From Candidatus Krumholzibacteriia bacterium (GTDB taxonomy: Bacteria > Krumholzibacteriota > Krumholzibacteriia > JAJRXK01), in assembly GCA_041484665.1 (NCBI GenBank), contig JBGPIA010000012.1, forward strand, positions 65,914 through 129,913: 64,000 nucleotides of DNA. Reading direction: 5' to 3'. Both the position numbers and the translations under genes were made by a program. The notes under the pieces are model-generated. The model did no database searches and was not told the origin of the DNA. It saw only the letters and a program-made list of their open reading frames with translations. Shown here piece after piece: positions 1 through 10,335 of this stretch. How positions within the stretch are numbered: the stretch's first letter is position 1; each line of letters begins with the position of its first letter.

Positions 1-2714
1 CCATGGAGTACGTCGCGGGCGAGCCCCTCACCCGGTACTGCGACGAGCGGCGCATGGACTTGCGCCGCAGGATCGAGCTCTTTCTTTCCGTCTGCGACGC
101 GGTGCAGCACGCCCACCAGAGCCTGGTGGTCCACCGCGATCTAAAGCCCGCCAACATCCTGGTCACCGCGACGGGCGAGGTGAAGCTTCTGGACTTCGGC
201 ATCGCGGCGCTGCTGGAGCACGATGACGCATTCGCGCAGCAGACGCAGCAGATGCTGCGCCTGACTCCGGAGTACGCGTCACCCGAGCAGCTGCGCGCCG
301 AGCCGGTCACGACCGCCACCGATGTCTATAACCTGGGGCTGATCCTCTACGATCTGCTGACAGGGTGCCGTCCCCATGCAGCGCGGAGCTCCTCCCTGCT
401 GGCCCTGCAGCATGCGATCCTCGAGCAGGATCCGTTGCCGCCCAGCCGGACCGTTCGTGCGGCCGCAGCCCGCGGACACGCGGAGGGCGCGCGCCCGGCT
501 GAATCCGGTGAGGAGATCGCGGCGCGGCGCGCAACGACCCCCCTCGCGCTGGAGCGCCACCTGCGCGGAGACCTGGACAATATCCTGCTCATGACCCTGC
601 GGCGGGAGCCTCGAGAGCGTTATGCCTCCGCAGAGGCGCTGCGGCACGACCTGGACCGCTACCTCACGCACCAGCCGGTGACGGCCAGCGGTGGCTCCAC
701 TGCCTATCGGCTTCGCAAGTACTACCGTCGCCATCGCGCCTCGATGGTGGCGCTCGCGGCGGTCTTCGCCTCGCTCGTGGCCGGTCTGCTCGGCATGAAC
801 TGGCAGGCCCGCCGCGCTGCCCGTGAGCGCGACCGCGCCCGCCAGGCCGAAGCGCGGGCCGTCGCCATCAACGAGTTCCTCGTCGACGAGATGCTCGAAG
901 GCGCGTCGCCCGAGCAGGCGCGCGGGCGCGAGCTCACCGTGCACGAGGTGCTGGGCACGGCGGCGCGACGCGTCGAGCAGGCGTTCGCCGGGGACCCCGC
1001 GCTGGAGGCGTCGCTGCGCGAAACGATCGGGCAGACCTACTCGGCCCTGGGGGACTACGAGGCGGCGCAGGCGCATCTGGAGCGATCCGTCGCCATCCTG
1101 ACCGCGACCCGCGGCGAAGAGGATCCGCAAACCCTGGCAGCGGCCGCGCTGCTGGGCCAGGTGCTGGCGCGGCGTGGAGATTACGTCCGGGCCAGCGCGA
1201 TCCTCACCACCACACTCGAGCGGCAGCGGCGCCTTCTGGGAGGAGAGCATCTCGACACGCTCGGCAGCGAGGGGATGCTGGCCGGGTTGCTCATCAGCCA
1301 GGGTGAGTATCTCGCCGCGGAGCGACGCCTCAGGCCGCTGATCGAGCAGCTGCGACGGCTGCATCCAGAGGAATGGCACCTGATCACCACCAACGGGAGG
1401 CGCCTCGCCGGCGCGCTGGACATGCAGCGCAAGAGCGCGGAGGCGGAGGCGGTCTGTCGCGAGACCCTCGCGCTGCAGCGGGAGAAGCTCGGTGCGGATC
1501 ATCCCGACGTCTCGGGCACGATGGAGCTGCTCGCCAGCATCCTGATGCGCCTCGACCGGTTCGCGGAGAGCGTCCGGCTGGAAGAGGAGGTGTTCGCGCG
1601 CAACCAACGCGTGCTGGGCGAGGAGCACCCGGGGACGCTGCGCTCCGCTCGCGTGCTGTCCAACGGCTATTGGCAACAGGGAAAGCCCGCCCGCGCCGAG
1701 TCGTTGGCACGGCGGACGGTGGAGGTCAGTACGCGCGTCCTGGGACCGGAGCACCCCGAGACCGTCTCGGTCATGACGAACCTGGGGATCTTTCTCCGCT
1801 ACGAGAACCGCCTCGGGGAGGCGGAGCGCATCTACCGGCAGGTCCTGGACATCAACCGCCGCACGTTGGGCGAGGAGCATCCTTCGGCCATCAAGGCGCT
1901 GAAGAACCTCAATATCCTCCTCCTCCGCGCCGGACGCGAACGGGAGGCCGCGCAGGTCACCGAACAGATCATCGCGGTCAGCAGCCGGGTCGTAGCGCGG
2001 CCCGACTGCGACGCGACTGCCCTCAACGACTTTGCGTGGTTCCTGCTGGAGGGCGACTTGCCGCAGTACCGCGACCCCGCCCGGGCTCTGCAGCTTGCCG
2101 AGCGGGCGGTCACGCTCAGCGAGCACAAGCAGATCGAGTTCCTCGACACGCTGTCGCATGCCTGTCAACGCACCGGCGACCTGGCGCGCGCCATCGCCAT
2201 CCAGCGGGAGGCCATGGCGCTCCCGGATGCCGTCCATCGCAATGGGCTGGAGGCGTGGATGATCCAGCTCCTCGAGCAGGCGGGGGACCCTGCGGCGGTG
2301 GAGGATTTCCTGCGCGAGAATCTGAAGAGGCGCAGGGAGCTGCGCTCGCCCGACGATCTGCTCATCGCGATGTCGCTGCGCCTGCTGGGCAGGCACGAAC
2401 TGCAGCAGCGCCGTTTCGAGGAGGCGCGGCGGCAGTTCGCCGCAGCCATGGAGCAGTTCCGCAAGACGCTGCCCGAGGCGCACTGGCAGGTGGCCCGCGC
2501 GCGCAACGAGCTGGGCGCCGCGTTGCTGGGCCTGGGCCGCACCGCCGAAGCGGAAACGCTATTGGTACGATCCTGCGAGACGCTGACTGCCAATCCGGCC
2601 GCGGTCCAAAGCGCCGGGGAGGAAGCCATCGAGCGCGTCATCGGCTTGTACGAGCTGCTGCAGCGCCCGGAGCGGGTCGCCTTCTGGCAGTCCCGCCGCG
2701 GGCGGCCACGCTGA
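1..2714 (+). CDS. Hanks-type Ser/Thr protein kinase with TM segment and TPR repeats (5' end outside window)
   Basis: HRDLKPAN, DFG and TPEYASPE kinase motifs; hydrophobic segment SMVALAAVFASLVAGLLGM; repeated LGxEHPxT TPR units; ORF begins at kinase subdomain V (MEYV), so it is N-truncated. Confidence 0.93.
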   Translation, partial: MEYVAGEPLTRYCDERRMDLRRRIELFLSVCDAVQHAHQSLVVHRDLKPANILVTATGEVKLLDFGIAALLEHDDAFAQQTQQMLRLTPEYASPEQLRAEPVTTATDVYNLGLILYDLLTGCRPHAARSSSLLALQHAILEQDPLPPSRTVRAAAARGHAEGARPAESGEEIAARRATTPLALERHLRGDLDNILLMTLRREPRERYASAEALRHDLDRYLTHQPVTASGGSTAYRLRKYYRRHRASMVALAAVFASLVAGLLGMNWQARRAARERDRARQAEARAVAINEFLVDEMLEGASPEQARGRELTVHEVLGTAARRVEQAFAGDPALEASLRETIGQTYSALGDYEAAQAHLERSVAILTATRGEEDPQTLAAAALLGQVLARRGDYVRASAILTTTLERQRRLLGGEHLDTLGSEGMLAGLLISQGEYLAAERRLRPLIEQLRRLHPEEWHLITTNGRRLAGALDMQRKSAEAEAVCRETLALQREKLGADHPDVSGTMELLASILMRLDRFAESVRLEEEVFARNQRVLGEEHPGTLRSARVLSNGYWQQGKPARAESLARRTVEVSTRVLGPEHPETVSVMTNLGIFLRYENRLGEAERIYRQVLDINRRTLGEEHPSAIKALKNLNILLLRAGREREAAQVTEQIIAVSSRVVARPDCDATALNDFAWFLLEGDLPQYRDPARALQLAERAVTLSEHKQIEFLDTLSHACQRTGDLARAIAIQREAMALPDAVHRNGLEAWMIQLLEQAGDPAAVEDFLRENLKRRRELRSPDDLLIAMSLRLLGRHELQQRRFEEARRQFAAAMEQFRKTLPEAHWQVARARNELGAALLGLGRTAEAETLLVRSCETLTANPAAVQSAGEEAIERVIGLYELLQRPERVAFWQSRRGRPR

Positions 2715-2797
2715 TCGATCGCGGGCGCCGGCACAGTCGTGCGCGACCGGGGCAGTGGACTTGCGAGTTCGATCGGTCGTCCGCAGCCGCCGCCCGG

Positions 2798-3370
2798 TCA
2801 CGCCACATCGCGATCGTTCAGCTCGCGGTAAAGGAACATGCGCGCCTTGCGCCAGTCGCGCTCGACGGTACGGCTGTCGACGCCGAGCGCTTCGGCGGTC
2901 TCCTCCACGGACAATCCGCCGAAGAAGCGCAGCTCCACGACCTGGTTGAGCCGCTCGCTCACGGCACGCAGGCGCCGCATCGCCTGGTCGAGCTCGATGA
3001 TCTCGGCGGCGCGCGCTTCGACGCGCAGCTCGTTGTCGTCGATGGCCGTCTCGTGGACGCCACCGCCCCGCTTCAGCGCGAGCTGCCGGCGCGCGTAGTC
3101 GATGAGGATCTGCCGCATGGCCGTTGCCGCGACGGCGTAGAAGTGGCCGCGGTCCTTCCAGGTCGTCTGCGCGTGATTGACCAGCTTGAGGTAGGCCTCG
3201 TGCACCACAGCCGTCGGGCTCAGGGTGTGACCGCTGGCGCGCGGCCCGAGCTGGCGGCGCGCGATGGCGCGCAACTCGGCGTAGACGTGGGGAAGGAGCT
3301 GATCGAGCGCCTGCGCATCCCCCTCGCGGGAAGCGATCAGCAGCTGCGTGATGTCGTGGCTTGTTTCCAT
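2798..3370 (-). CDS. ECF sigma-70 factor of the kinase-associated type (TIGR02999-like)
   Basis: ITQLL...LLPHVYAELRAIARRQL, HTLSPTAVVHEAYLKL, LKRGG, VELRFFGGLSVEETAEAL...TVERDW. Confidence 0.92.
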   Translation of the reverse strand: METSHDITQLLIASREGDAQALDQLLPHVYAELRAIARRQLGPRASGHTLSPTAVVHEAYLKLVNHAQTTWKDRGHFYAVAATAMRQILIDYARRQLALKRGGGVHETAIDDNELRVEARAAEIIELDQAMRRLRAVSERLNQVVELRFFGGLSVEETAEALGVDSRTVERDWRKARMFLYRELNDRDVA

Positions 3371-3388
3371 CGGGATGCGCCTGGATCG

Positions 3389-3910
3389 TCACGCAACCTC
3401 TATACAATCCCACCGTGGTTCCGGCCGCCCCATCCAAAGCCAAGCGATGAAGTCCGTCATGGGCGGCTCCCCTCCCGCGAGGCGCAACATGGTAGCGACC
3501 TGCCCGCGGTGATGGGTCGTATGCAGCACGATCTGGAGAATCGTCTCACCCATGGTGGCTGGCCCCGCGCTACCGAAGCGCTTCACCACCTGTGCAGCCC
3601 ACGGGATCTCGACGGTCTGGCGGAGCGTCGGCTCTTGGAGCGTTCCCGCGTACGTCCGCAGCTCACGATAGTAGCCGCGTGCCCACCGGCCAAGCGAGCG
3701 CAAGTCCGAGAAACTCGACAGCTCGAGGATGGACAGCGCTTCGCCGCGCCACATCTGCAGGTAGGCCCGCTGCGTCGAATGGAAGTGATGCAGACGCTCG
3801 CGTAGCTGCCGTTCCTGCTCCAACGAGGCGACGCCGAGAGCCGCCTTCCAGATGAGCGCGTCTGCCCACTCCATGTGATGGATCAGGCTCGCAACCTCGC
3901 CCGGCGTCAT
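3389..3910 (-). CDS. DinB/YfiT-family putative metalloprotein
   Basis: HMEWAD, LHHFHSTQ and HTTHHRGQVATMLR His motifs; ATG at 3910 after GAGGGGG RBS. Confidence 0.85.
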   Translation of the reverse strand: MTPGEVASLIHHMEWADALIWKAALGVASLEQERQLRERLHHFHSTQRAYLQMWRGEALSILELSSFSDLRSLGRWARGYYRELRTYAGTLQEPTLRQTVEIPWAAQVVKRFGSAGPATMGETILQIVLHTTHHRGQVATMLRLAGGEPPMTDFIAWLWMGRPEPRWDCIEVA

Positions 3911-4004
3911 TGCAGCCCCCTCGAATGCTGCGTCCAGCCCTGTGGCCAGCCCTGTGGCCAGCCTAGCGGGCCGCTGAAACCGCACATGTCGGTGAGCGAT
4001 GCGC

Positions 4005-4211
4005 TCACCTGTGCTTCTCGCCGGCGAATAACAGCCACGCGGCCCAGACGCAGTAGCCGGTCGCAGCGGGGAGGCCGACGAAGGACAAGGCAACGGGGAT
4101 CGTCGTCGTGCCGACTACGATACGCCAATGGTACAGCAGCCTCAAGAGATGGAAGATCCCCACCAGAAGGAAGATCGTGCCGGAGAGCGCCAGATACAGC
4201 TTCTTGCTCAT
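4005..4211 (-). CDS. Small two-TM membrane protein
   Basis: MSKKLYLALSGTIFLLVGIFHLLRL... two hydrophobic helices; GGAG upstream of ATG 4211. Confidence 0.65.
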   Translation of the reverse strand: MSKKLYLALSGTIFLLVGIFHLLRLLYHWRIVVGTTTIPVALSFVGLPAATGYCVWAAWLLFAGEKHR

Positions 4212-4628
4212 CTCATCGCTCCAAACCGTCGTTTGACACGCGGTCCAGGGGGGAACGCTCCGCGATGCACGCCCGGCTGCGCTGCGCAGGCTCTTCGGGG
4301 CGACGCCGAAGCCCGCCGGGAAAGATAGGGCGCTCGAGCGCGCGGGTCGAGCGCAGCTGTTCAAATGTCGCCGACCGCAGCCGGGAAAGGATCGGTGCGC
4401 TCATCGCCTGCGCGACCGCGCCGAGAAGGAAGTTAGTGAAATAGCTCGTTTTGTAGTCGAGGGGGCGGCCTCTGCCGGCCAAATCGCCGCAGGGCACCGT
4501 CCTGGGCGTGGCACTTTCTCCCAGCTGGTGCGACAGACCAAGGTGTACACTTCGCAGGGGCGCGAGCCTTCTGCTCCCAGACGTCCGCCCCGGGCGCGCT
4601 TTGCTCCTGCATAAAGGAGTTCTCGAGC

Positions 4629-6059
4629 ATGATTCCTCAGGCACCCGGCCGGCGCGATCCAATCGCTCGGCTCCTCCTAAGCGCTTCCCTCTTGGCGCTC
4701 GCGCTCGCGCTCGGCCTAGCCAGCGCCACCGGGCCGGCCTCAGCGCAGGTCTTGCCGCTGATCCAGTTCGCATCGCCTGGCTTTCCGATCCTCGAGGGCA
4801 GTACAGGCGTGGAGATCAACGTCACCGTTGTCGGCCCGCGTGCGGGATCGGTAAGCGTCACCTACACGATGGTCGATCGCTCCGCCCAGGCCTATGTGGA
4901 CTATTCGCCGGAATCCGGCACGCTTGTCTGGGGCAGCGGGGATCCCGATTTGAAGCTCATCCACACCGGGGCGCTCAGCGATGCCGTCCCCGAGTCGACC
5001 GAGTCCTTCCAAGTCCTCCTGTCGTCGCCCATCGGAGCCACGATCGGCACGCCCAACCCCATTACGATGCAGATCGTGGATGTTCCTCCTCCGCCCGTGA
5101 CGGCGGCGATCGTGATCCCCCCAAATATGCCTCTCGATGTCAATGGGCAGTATGTCCTGTTCGGCAACGCGAGCACCGGCATGGACATTCCCGTCCACGT
5201 CGCCAACGCCACGTCTTGGCCGCTCACGGTGCCCTACTCGCTCGACGGATCACCCCCGTCCCACTCGCTCATCTTCCAGCAGGGCGAAACCGACCTGCCC
5301 ATCACCCTGCCCGCGGAGGTGGTTCCGCCGGGCGCGACCCAGGTGTCCCACCTGGTGGCGCTGAGCACGCCGGCGGCGGGGAAGACAGACGTCACCGCGG
5401 CCGTCGCGTCAGAGCAGGGCCTTGCCCAGATCCAACAAGAGACCGGAGCGTCCGGAGCTGGCTGCGCCTGGACGGTTGTCTGCTTCATAGATAAGATTTT
5501 TCACCTGTGTCCCTGCACTTCTTTGACGATCAATTGCCATTCTTTAACCAAAGCGCTCGCGTCGGGGACGTCATCGTCTCGGCCGGCACAGCCGACCGTG
5601 GATCCGATCACTACCCTTCAGCAGTATCGCGACCAGATCCTGACGCCCACGGCGGTGGGCAGGTACTACGTCAACCTGTACCAGCAGCTCAGCCCCGACG
5701 CCGAAGTCGCCCTCCTTCGCCAGCCGTTTTTCCTCTACGAGTTCTTCAGCGCTTCGCAGCCCTGGGTCGACGGGATCTCAGCCCTCCTGGCCGGAACGGG
5801 GGACTCTTTCGTCATTTCGACCGACATGGTGCAGGGACTCGAGGCTCTGCTCGCGGATTTCGTGACCTACGGGAGCCCGGGGTTGGGCGCAGCCCTGCAG
5901 CAGGAGTGGAGCCGCTTGGACGTGGCGAATCTCCCGGGCCAGAACATGACCCAGTTCCAGCAACAGGTGCAGGCGCTGGGTGGGCGCGTCCCGGACCCCG
6001 CCCGGAGCTGGGGTTCGGTCAAGGCGACATTCGGTAGTACATCGGTCACGAAGCACTAG
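4629..6059 (+). CDS. Secreted protein: Calx-beta-like domain, CFI-box-CTERM-like region, C-terminal SWGSVK tail
   Basis: Signal peptide; DYSPESGTLVW and DAVPESTESFQVLLSSPIGATIG (Calx-beta-like); CFI...LQQYRDQILTPTAVGRYYVNLYQQLSP; ends RSWGSVKATF; AAGGAG RBS. Confidence 0.8.
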   Translation: MIPQAPGRRDPIARLLLSASLLALALALGLASATGPASAQVLPLIQFASPGFPILEGSTGVEINVTVVGPRAGSVSVTYTMVDRSAQAYVDYSPESGTLVWGSGDPDLKLIHTGALSDAVPESTESFQVLLSSPIGATIGTPNPITMQIVDVPPPPVTAAIVIPPNMPLDVNGQYVLFGNASTGMDIPVHVANATSWPLTVPYSLDGSPPSHSLIFQQGETDLPITLPAEVVPPGATQVSHLVALSTPAAGKTDVTAAVASEQGLAQIQQETGASGAGCAWTVVCFIDKIFHLCPCTSLTINCHSLTKALASGTSSSRPAQPTVDPITTLQQYRDQILTPTAVGRYYVNLYQQLSPDAEVALLRQPFFLYEFFSASQPWVDGISALLAGTGDSFVISTDMVQGLEALLADFVTYGSPGLGAALQQEWSRLDVANLPGQNMTQFQQQVQALGGRVPDPARSWGSVKATFGSTSVTKH

Positions 6060-6143
6060 CGCGTCGCGGGACGCCCAGCCCCTCTCGGGGGGGCTCAGCT
6101 CAATGCGATCGCGCTGTCTCCCACGCCGCCCGATTCCCCTACC

Positions 6144-8357
6144 GTAGAGTGGGCGCCCGGCGCGGTGCCCGGCTCGTCGCCGGGTCCGTTTCCGAGCGCC
6201 CCTCACCGAACCCGGCGTGCGCCTTTCGTTACGCACCGGGCTCTCCATCCGCGATGGCGAAGCGAGGTGGCCGCAGCCACCCGAGCTTGAAGTAGTGCAC
6301 CGGCGTCGCCGAGAGCTCGAACGGCTGGACGTTTCCGTCGCACCATTTGAGACTTCGACAGCCAGGCTTGCGCCTGACGTAACGTCGTTTCAGCTCCTTC
6401 ATCGTCGTGGTTGGGTGCTTCTTCCTGAGCCATCTGTAGATGGTCCACCACACGTAGTGATCGATTGCGTCGAAGACGTGCTTCGCCCCCCACGCATGGC
6501 GGTAGAAGTTGCACCAACCGCGAAGGATCGGGTTGAGATGTTCGAGACGGTTCTTGAGAGATTCCGTGAGCGTCGAGCGCTGGAAGAGGTCCTTGATGCG
6601 CTCCCGCAGTCGATGACTGCGGTCCTTTGGAATCACCGCCGCGCTGACGAGCCTCCCGTTCGACGGGTGCACGCGCACGCGGACGTGATGTCCGAGGAAA
6701 CGGAGGGGGCGCGTCACAGGCGTGACGAGCGTCTTCGTCTCCGACAACTCCAGGTTTATCTCCTTCAGCGCCGCCGCGATCGCGGCCTTTTCCTTGTTCG
6801 CGACCTCTTCAGCTCGGAGCAACTGCTCTTCGCCGGGAGGGACGCTCACGAGAATGATGAAGTCATCCGCGTACCGAATGGGCATGTAGATCGCGCGTCC
6901 GCATCGCCGGTCGTAATTCCGGGCGAGGAGCGCGCGCTGCGTGATCGCTGCCGGGTCGGAAAGAATCGTCGGCGTGTGGCGAGGCCACACGTGACGTTCG
7001 TACCGTTCCTCGATCGCGGCGAGCGCGATGTTGGCCAGCAGGGGTGAAAGAATCCCGCCCTGGGGTGCGCCGGCGTCCGTGCGGAAGAACTGCTCCTCCG
7101 CGAGAACCCCGGATTTCAAGAAGGCGAGCACAAGGTCATTGACCTTGGCGTCGCCAATGCGACGGCGAACGCGGACCATCAACACGTGATGGTCGATGTT
7201 GTCGAAGCATCCCTTGATGTCCCCTTCGATCGCCCACTGATACGGGAGCCGACGCTCCCCCCGGACCTCCCGCGGACGCAGAAGCATCCGAAGATGCTCC
7301 AGCGCGCCGTGGGCGGATTTCCCCGGGCGGAAGCCATACGAGACGGGATAGAAGTCCGCCTCGAAGATCGGCTCCAGAATGTTCTTCGTCGCCGCTTGCG
7401 CGACCCGATCTGCGACAGTGGGGATTCCCAGGGGGCGAAACTTCCCCGGGCTGCCGACCTTCGGGATGAGTACGCGCCTCGCCGGACTCGGCCCGTACGC
7501 TCGGGATCGCAGCGCACTTCGCAGTCCATCGAGGAACGCCTCTGGCCCTGGGTCGGACAGCAGGTCCCTCACCGTCTTTCCGTCTACGCCCGGTGTGCGT
7601 CGTCCCTTGTTGCGGGCGACGCGCGCCAGTGCGATCCGCAGGTTTCGGGGATCGGTGACCAACCCCCAAAGCTTGCGGAACACGTAGTCGGAGCTCTCGT
7701 GACTTCGCTCGTACAGCTTCCGTTGCTCGGTCAGGAGCCACGCCTTATCGAGGGTGGATGCCGCATACACGGCTTTCCCCTGCGGCCCGGACGCCGCACG
7801 CGCAGACTGCCCCCCTTCGCCATGTGCACGGCTCTCCCGTGCTCCGACTACTACGGAGGCTCCGCCCCCCGTCCGAGACATCACCGGACTTGGCGGCTTG
7901 CCGGGCTTCGCGATGCCCGGCGCTCGGATCGGGGTTCCTGTGTTCAAGAGTGGATCCCTTGGTGCTGTAGGCGGTCGGCTGTATCCCTGGCTGCACGGGC
8001 ACGCTCCCGATTCGGGGCGGGGGAGCAGCGCGCCCATGACGGGCGTACCCAGTCGCTAGACCCAACGACCAGGCTCTGGCAGCAGTCCCCGCCGCGAACG
8101 ACGGGGTTGGCTATTCATACAGAGACGTCCAACACCGACTTCAACATGCTGGACCTTCATCCACGCGGTTTCGCCATGGCACCTGCGGTAGCCCGCCTCG
8201 GACGCACGCGCGTCGTCGCGGACATTTCAGGCCGTTCGGCTCTTGCAGGTCGCCGTTCCAATCTCGGCGACGTTCACGGCCCCCTTCTCTACCCGGCCCG
8301 ACCCGGGCAAGGATGACGTTCTCAGGTCATCGGATCCTCCCTTGCTTCACAGCGCAC
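6144..8357 (-). mobile_element. Full-length group II intron (~2.2 kb)
   Basis: 5' GTGCG at 8357; domain V GAGCCCGGTGCG...GAAA...GCACGCCGGGTTC (6208-6243) with AGC triad and AC bulge; domain VI bulged A seven nt from the terminal ...CTCTAC (6144); EBS1 GGGTCT (8058-8063) pairs with 5'-exon AGATCC. Confidence 0.92.
6229..7770 (-). CDS. ltrA: Group II intron reverse transcriptase/maturase, no endonuclease domain
   Basis: RPLGIPTVADR, SYGFRPGKSAH, DIKGCFDNI, PQGGILSPLLAN, RYADDF, FLG, maturase LNPILRGWCNFY; likely GTG start at 7770; TAA stop lies inside domain V. Confidence 0.95.
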   Translation of the reverse strand: MYAASTLDKAWLLTEQRKLYERSHESSDYVFRKLWGLVTDPRNLRIALARVARNKGRRTPGVDGKTVRDLLSDPGPEAFLDGLRSALRSRAYGPSPARRVLIPKVGSPGKFRPLGIPTVADRVAQAATKNILEPIFEADFYPVSYGFRPGKSAHGALEHLRMLLRPREVRGERRLPYQWAIEGDIKGCFDNIDHHVLMVRVRRRIGDAKVNDLVLAFLKSGVLAEEQFFRTDAGAPQGGILSPLLANIALAAIEERYERHVWPRHTPTILSDPAAITQRALLARNYDRRCGRAIYMPIRYADDFIILVSVPPGEEQLLRAEEVANKEKAAIAAALKEINLELSETKTLVTPVTRPLRFLGHHVRVRVHPSNGRLVSAAVIPKDRSHRLRERIKDLFQRSTLTESLKNRLEHLNPILRGWCNFYRHAWGAKHVFDAIDHYVWWTIYRWLRKKHPTTTMKELKRRYVRRKPGCRSLKWCDGNVQPFELSATPVHYFKLGWLRPPRFAIADGEPGA

Positions 8358-8368
8358 GGATCTACTTG

Positions 8369-8463
8369 CCCTCGATGATCAATACGCCGGTGACCGGGAG
8401 GCGCGCCTCGCGTGCTTCCCAACGAGCACGGCCGCTGGGTACTGCGGCTTGCGGGTCGGCGCC
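8369..8463. repeat. Copy A of a ~95-bp degenerate duplicated segment (copy B at 10600-10694)
   Basis: 26-bp identical core cgcgcctcgcgtgcttcccaacgagc; both copies translate on the minus strand to DP..A.P.GRARWEAREAR.P...V.I.EG. Confidence 0.8.
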
Positions 8464-8655
8464 GGCAGCGCACTCGGTGGAGTCGCGACGCTCGCAAACG
8501 CCGGTGACGGGCGGCCCGAAGGATACGTGGTAGGGACGCCGAGGGTCAGGAAGGCCGTCGAGTGCCTGTCCAACGGTAAGACCTTCACGGTGACCGTGGC
8601 GGGCGTGTCGCAGCAGAAGGTGTACGTGAAGCCGGCGCGGGAACGGGCGATCGGC

Positions 8656-10335
8656 TCAGCGCGAGCGGATTACCTTGATTGACCTCGGGTCGCCCCCGGC
8701 AACCAGCCGAACCAGATACGTTCCTTCGGGCACCGTGCTCCCTTCGTCGTCCTTTCCGTCCCAGAGCGCGCTGTGCGGCCCTGCGTCCTGGTCCGACTCC
8801 ATCAGCGAGCGCACCAGCCGGCCGCGCATGTCGAACACCTTGAGCGTCACCGGAGTCGCGGCCGGGAGCGAGTAGCTCAGAGCCGTCGAGCTGTTGAACG
8901 GGTTGGGTCGATTGGGAAGCAGAAGCAGCCCGCGCTCCATCCCGGGTGGGGCATTGGTCGAGATCGGAACCGTGCTCGTGTTGCCGGCGTCGTCCACCAG
9001 CATGACCTCCAATGTCGGGGGTGGGACCGTCCCCGGCGGAAAAGTCACCCGGAAATTGGTGATGTCCCCGTCAGCGGACGGAGCGTCGTACGGCATGGGC
9101 AGCTCGACCACCTGCGTGCCGACCGTGTAGCGCACGGTCGCTCCGATCGCCATGGAGGTCGCGTCTGTCGCCCGGACCGCTAGCTCGTAGAGGCCCGACG
9201 CCGCGTTCTGGGTCAGCGCTTGCGACACCAGGTAGGGCGCGTCTCCATCGGAGCCCTCCTGCACGTGGATTCCGTACATGAAGTCCCCCGGCGCGTACAT
9301 CACCGCGCCGCTCGGAAAGTAGACATAATCCCGCGCTACGACCTGCCCGAGAAACTCCATCACCTGGCCCTGCGGCAGCGCGGAACACTCGCGTTGCGTG
9401 AAGCTCCAACGCAAGAACGTGTGCTCGTTGGGGTCGTCCTCGCCCAGCAGCGGGGTGATCTGGAAGGGGATCTGGACCACGAGTGGATCCCCGACGCAAC
9501 CTTGCCCGGGAACGACGAACTGCTGGCTTCCGGCGCCGGTGGAGGGAGGGAAGTCGAATTGGACGACCGCGCCGCCGGGCGCGTCGCGCAATTGACCCAG
9601 CAGCATCGCGGGAAAGGTCAGCTGGTTGAAGCCCATCGAGTACCAGTTACCGGTGCTCCACCCGGCCACCCCGGATTGTAGGGGTCCCGAAGGACAGCAG
9701 CCGCCGGTCACGACCCACCAGCTCGAGGTCCCCGTCGGTCCAACACCATCCCCTGGGGTCAGGAACTTGTCCGTGTGATTGAACACCGCATCGCAGCCCA
9801 CGAAGCCCCCCGGGCAGTCTATCGCCAGATCGAGATAGGGCGCCATGAGATCGGCGTCGGTGAACGCCACGCTCAGGTTGACAGTCGCATCGAAGCTGAT
9901 GTTGTCGTGCCAGTTGTTGCCGGCGTGCAGATGGATCCGCTTGCAGCCGAAATGGTAGTTGGGATACCACGAAACCTGACCGCTGGGGGTGCACGTCCAC
10001 TGTCCTGCCGCGACGTTGGCGTGGTATGCGTCCATCAGGACCTTGGGCTTGTTGACATTGATCATGGCACAGACGACCAGCCTTACGTCGTCGCCGGGCA
10101 GCGGATTCTTGAGGGACATGTCGTACCAGAAGTGCACCGATGTCCCCGCTCCAGGACTCTTCTGGTAGCCAGCCCGCCATTTGAGGGTCTTCCCGGGGGC
10201 CCCCGGGATGGCCGACTCGCCATTCTTGAAGATGTCCGCTCTCGAGCGGGCAGGCAGCAGCAGGAAGAGGAACACGAGCAGAGCGAGCGGCCGGCCCAGC
10301 TCGTGGAGCTGCCCGGCAAGAGCGCGGCGCGTCAT
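8656..10335 (-). CDS. Secreted protein with C-terminal FlgD-Ig/T9SS-type sorting domain
   Basis: ATG 10335 after GAGGT; signal LALLVFLFLLLPARSRA; C-term PNPFNSST...VFDMRGRLVRSL...WDGKDDEG...GTYLVRL. Confidence 0.85.
   Translation of the reverse strand: MTRRALAGQLHELGRPLALLVFLFLLLPARSRADIFKNGESAIPGAPGKTLKWRAGYQKSPGAGTSVHFWYDMSLKNPLPGDDVRLVVCAMINVNKPKVLMDAYHANVAAGQWTCTPSGQVSWYPNYHFGCKRIHLHAGNNWHDNISFDATVNLSVAFTDADLMAPYLDLAIDCPGGFVGCDAVFNHTDKFLTPGDGVGPTGTSSWWVVTGGCCPSGPLQSGVAGWSTGNWYSMGFNQLTFPAMLLGQLRDAPGGAVVQFDFPPSTGAGSQQFVVPGQGCVGDPLVVQIPFQITPLLGEDDPNEHTFLRWSFTQRECSALPQGQVMEFLGQVVARDYVYFPSGAVMYAPGDFMYGIHVQEGSDGDAPYLVSQALTQNAASGLYELAVRATDATSMAIGATVRYTVGTQVVELPMPYDAPSADGDITNFRVTFPPGTVPPPTLEVMLVDDAGNTSTVPISTNAPPGMERGLLLLPNRPNPFNSSTALSYSLPAATPVTLKVFDMRGRLVRSLMESDQDAGPHSALWDGKDDEGSTVPEGTYLVRLVAGGDPRSIKVIRSR

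Noticed and set aside
3934..4000. Possible attC upstream of the DinB gene (minus strand TTTCAGC-GGCCC-GCTAGGC) next to a 12-bp tandem repeat
   Set aside because: The core GTT is mutated and no matching R''/L'' half was found
6229..7770. RT as a retron, DGR or CRISPR-associated RT
   Set aside because: It has a maturase domain and complete intron ends; no TR/VR pair, msr-msd or cas1 was seen
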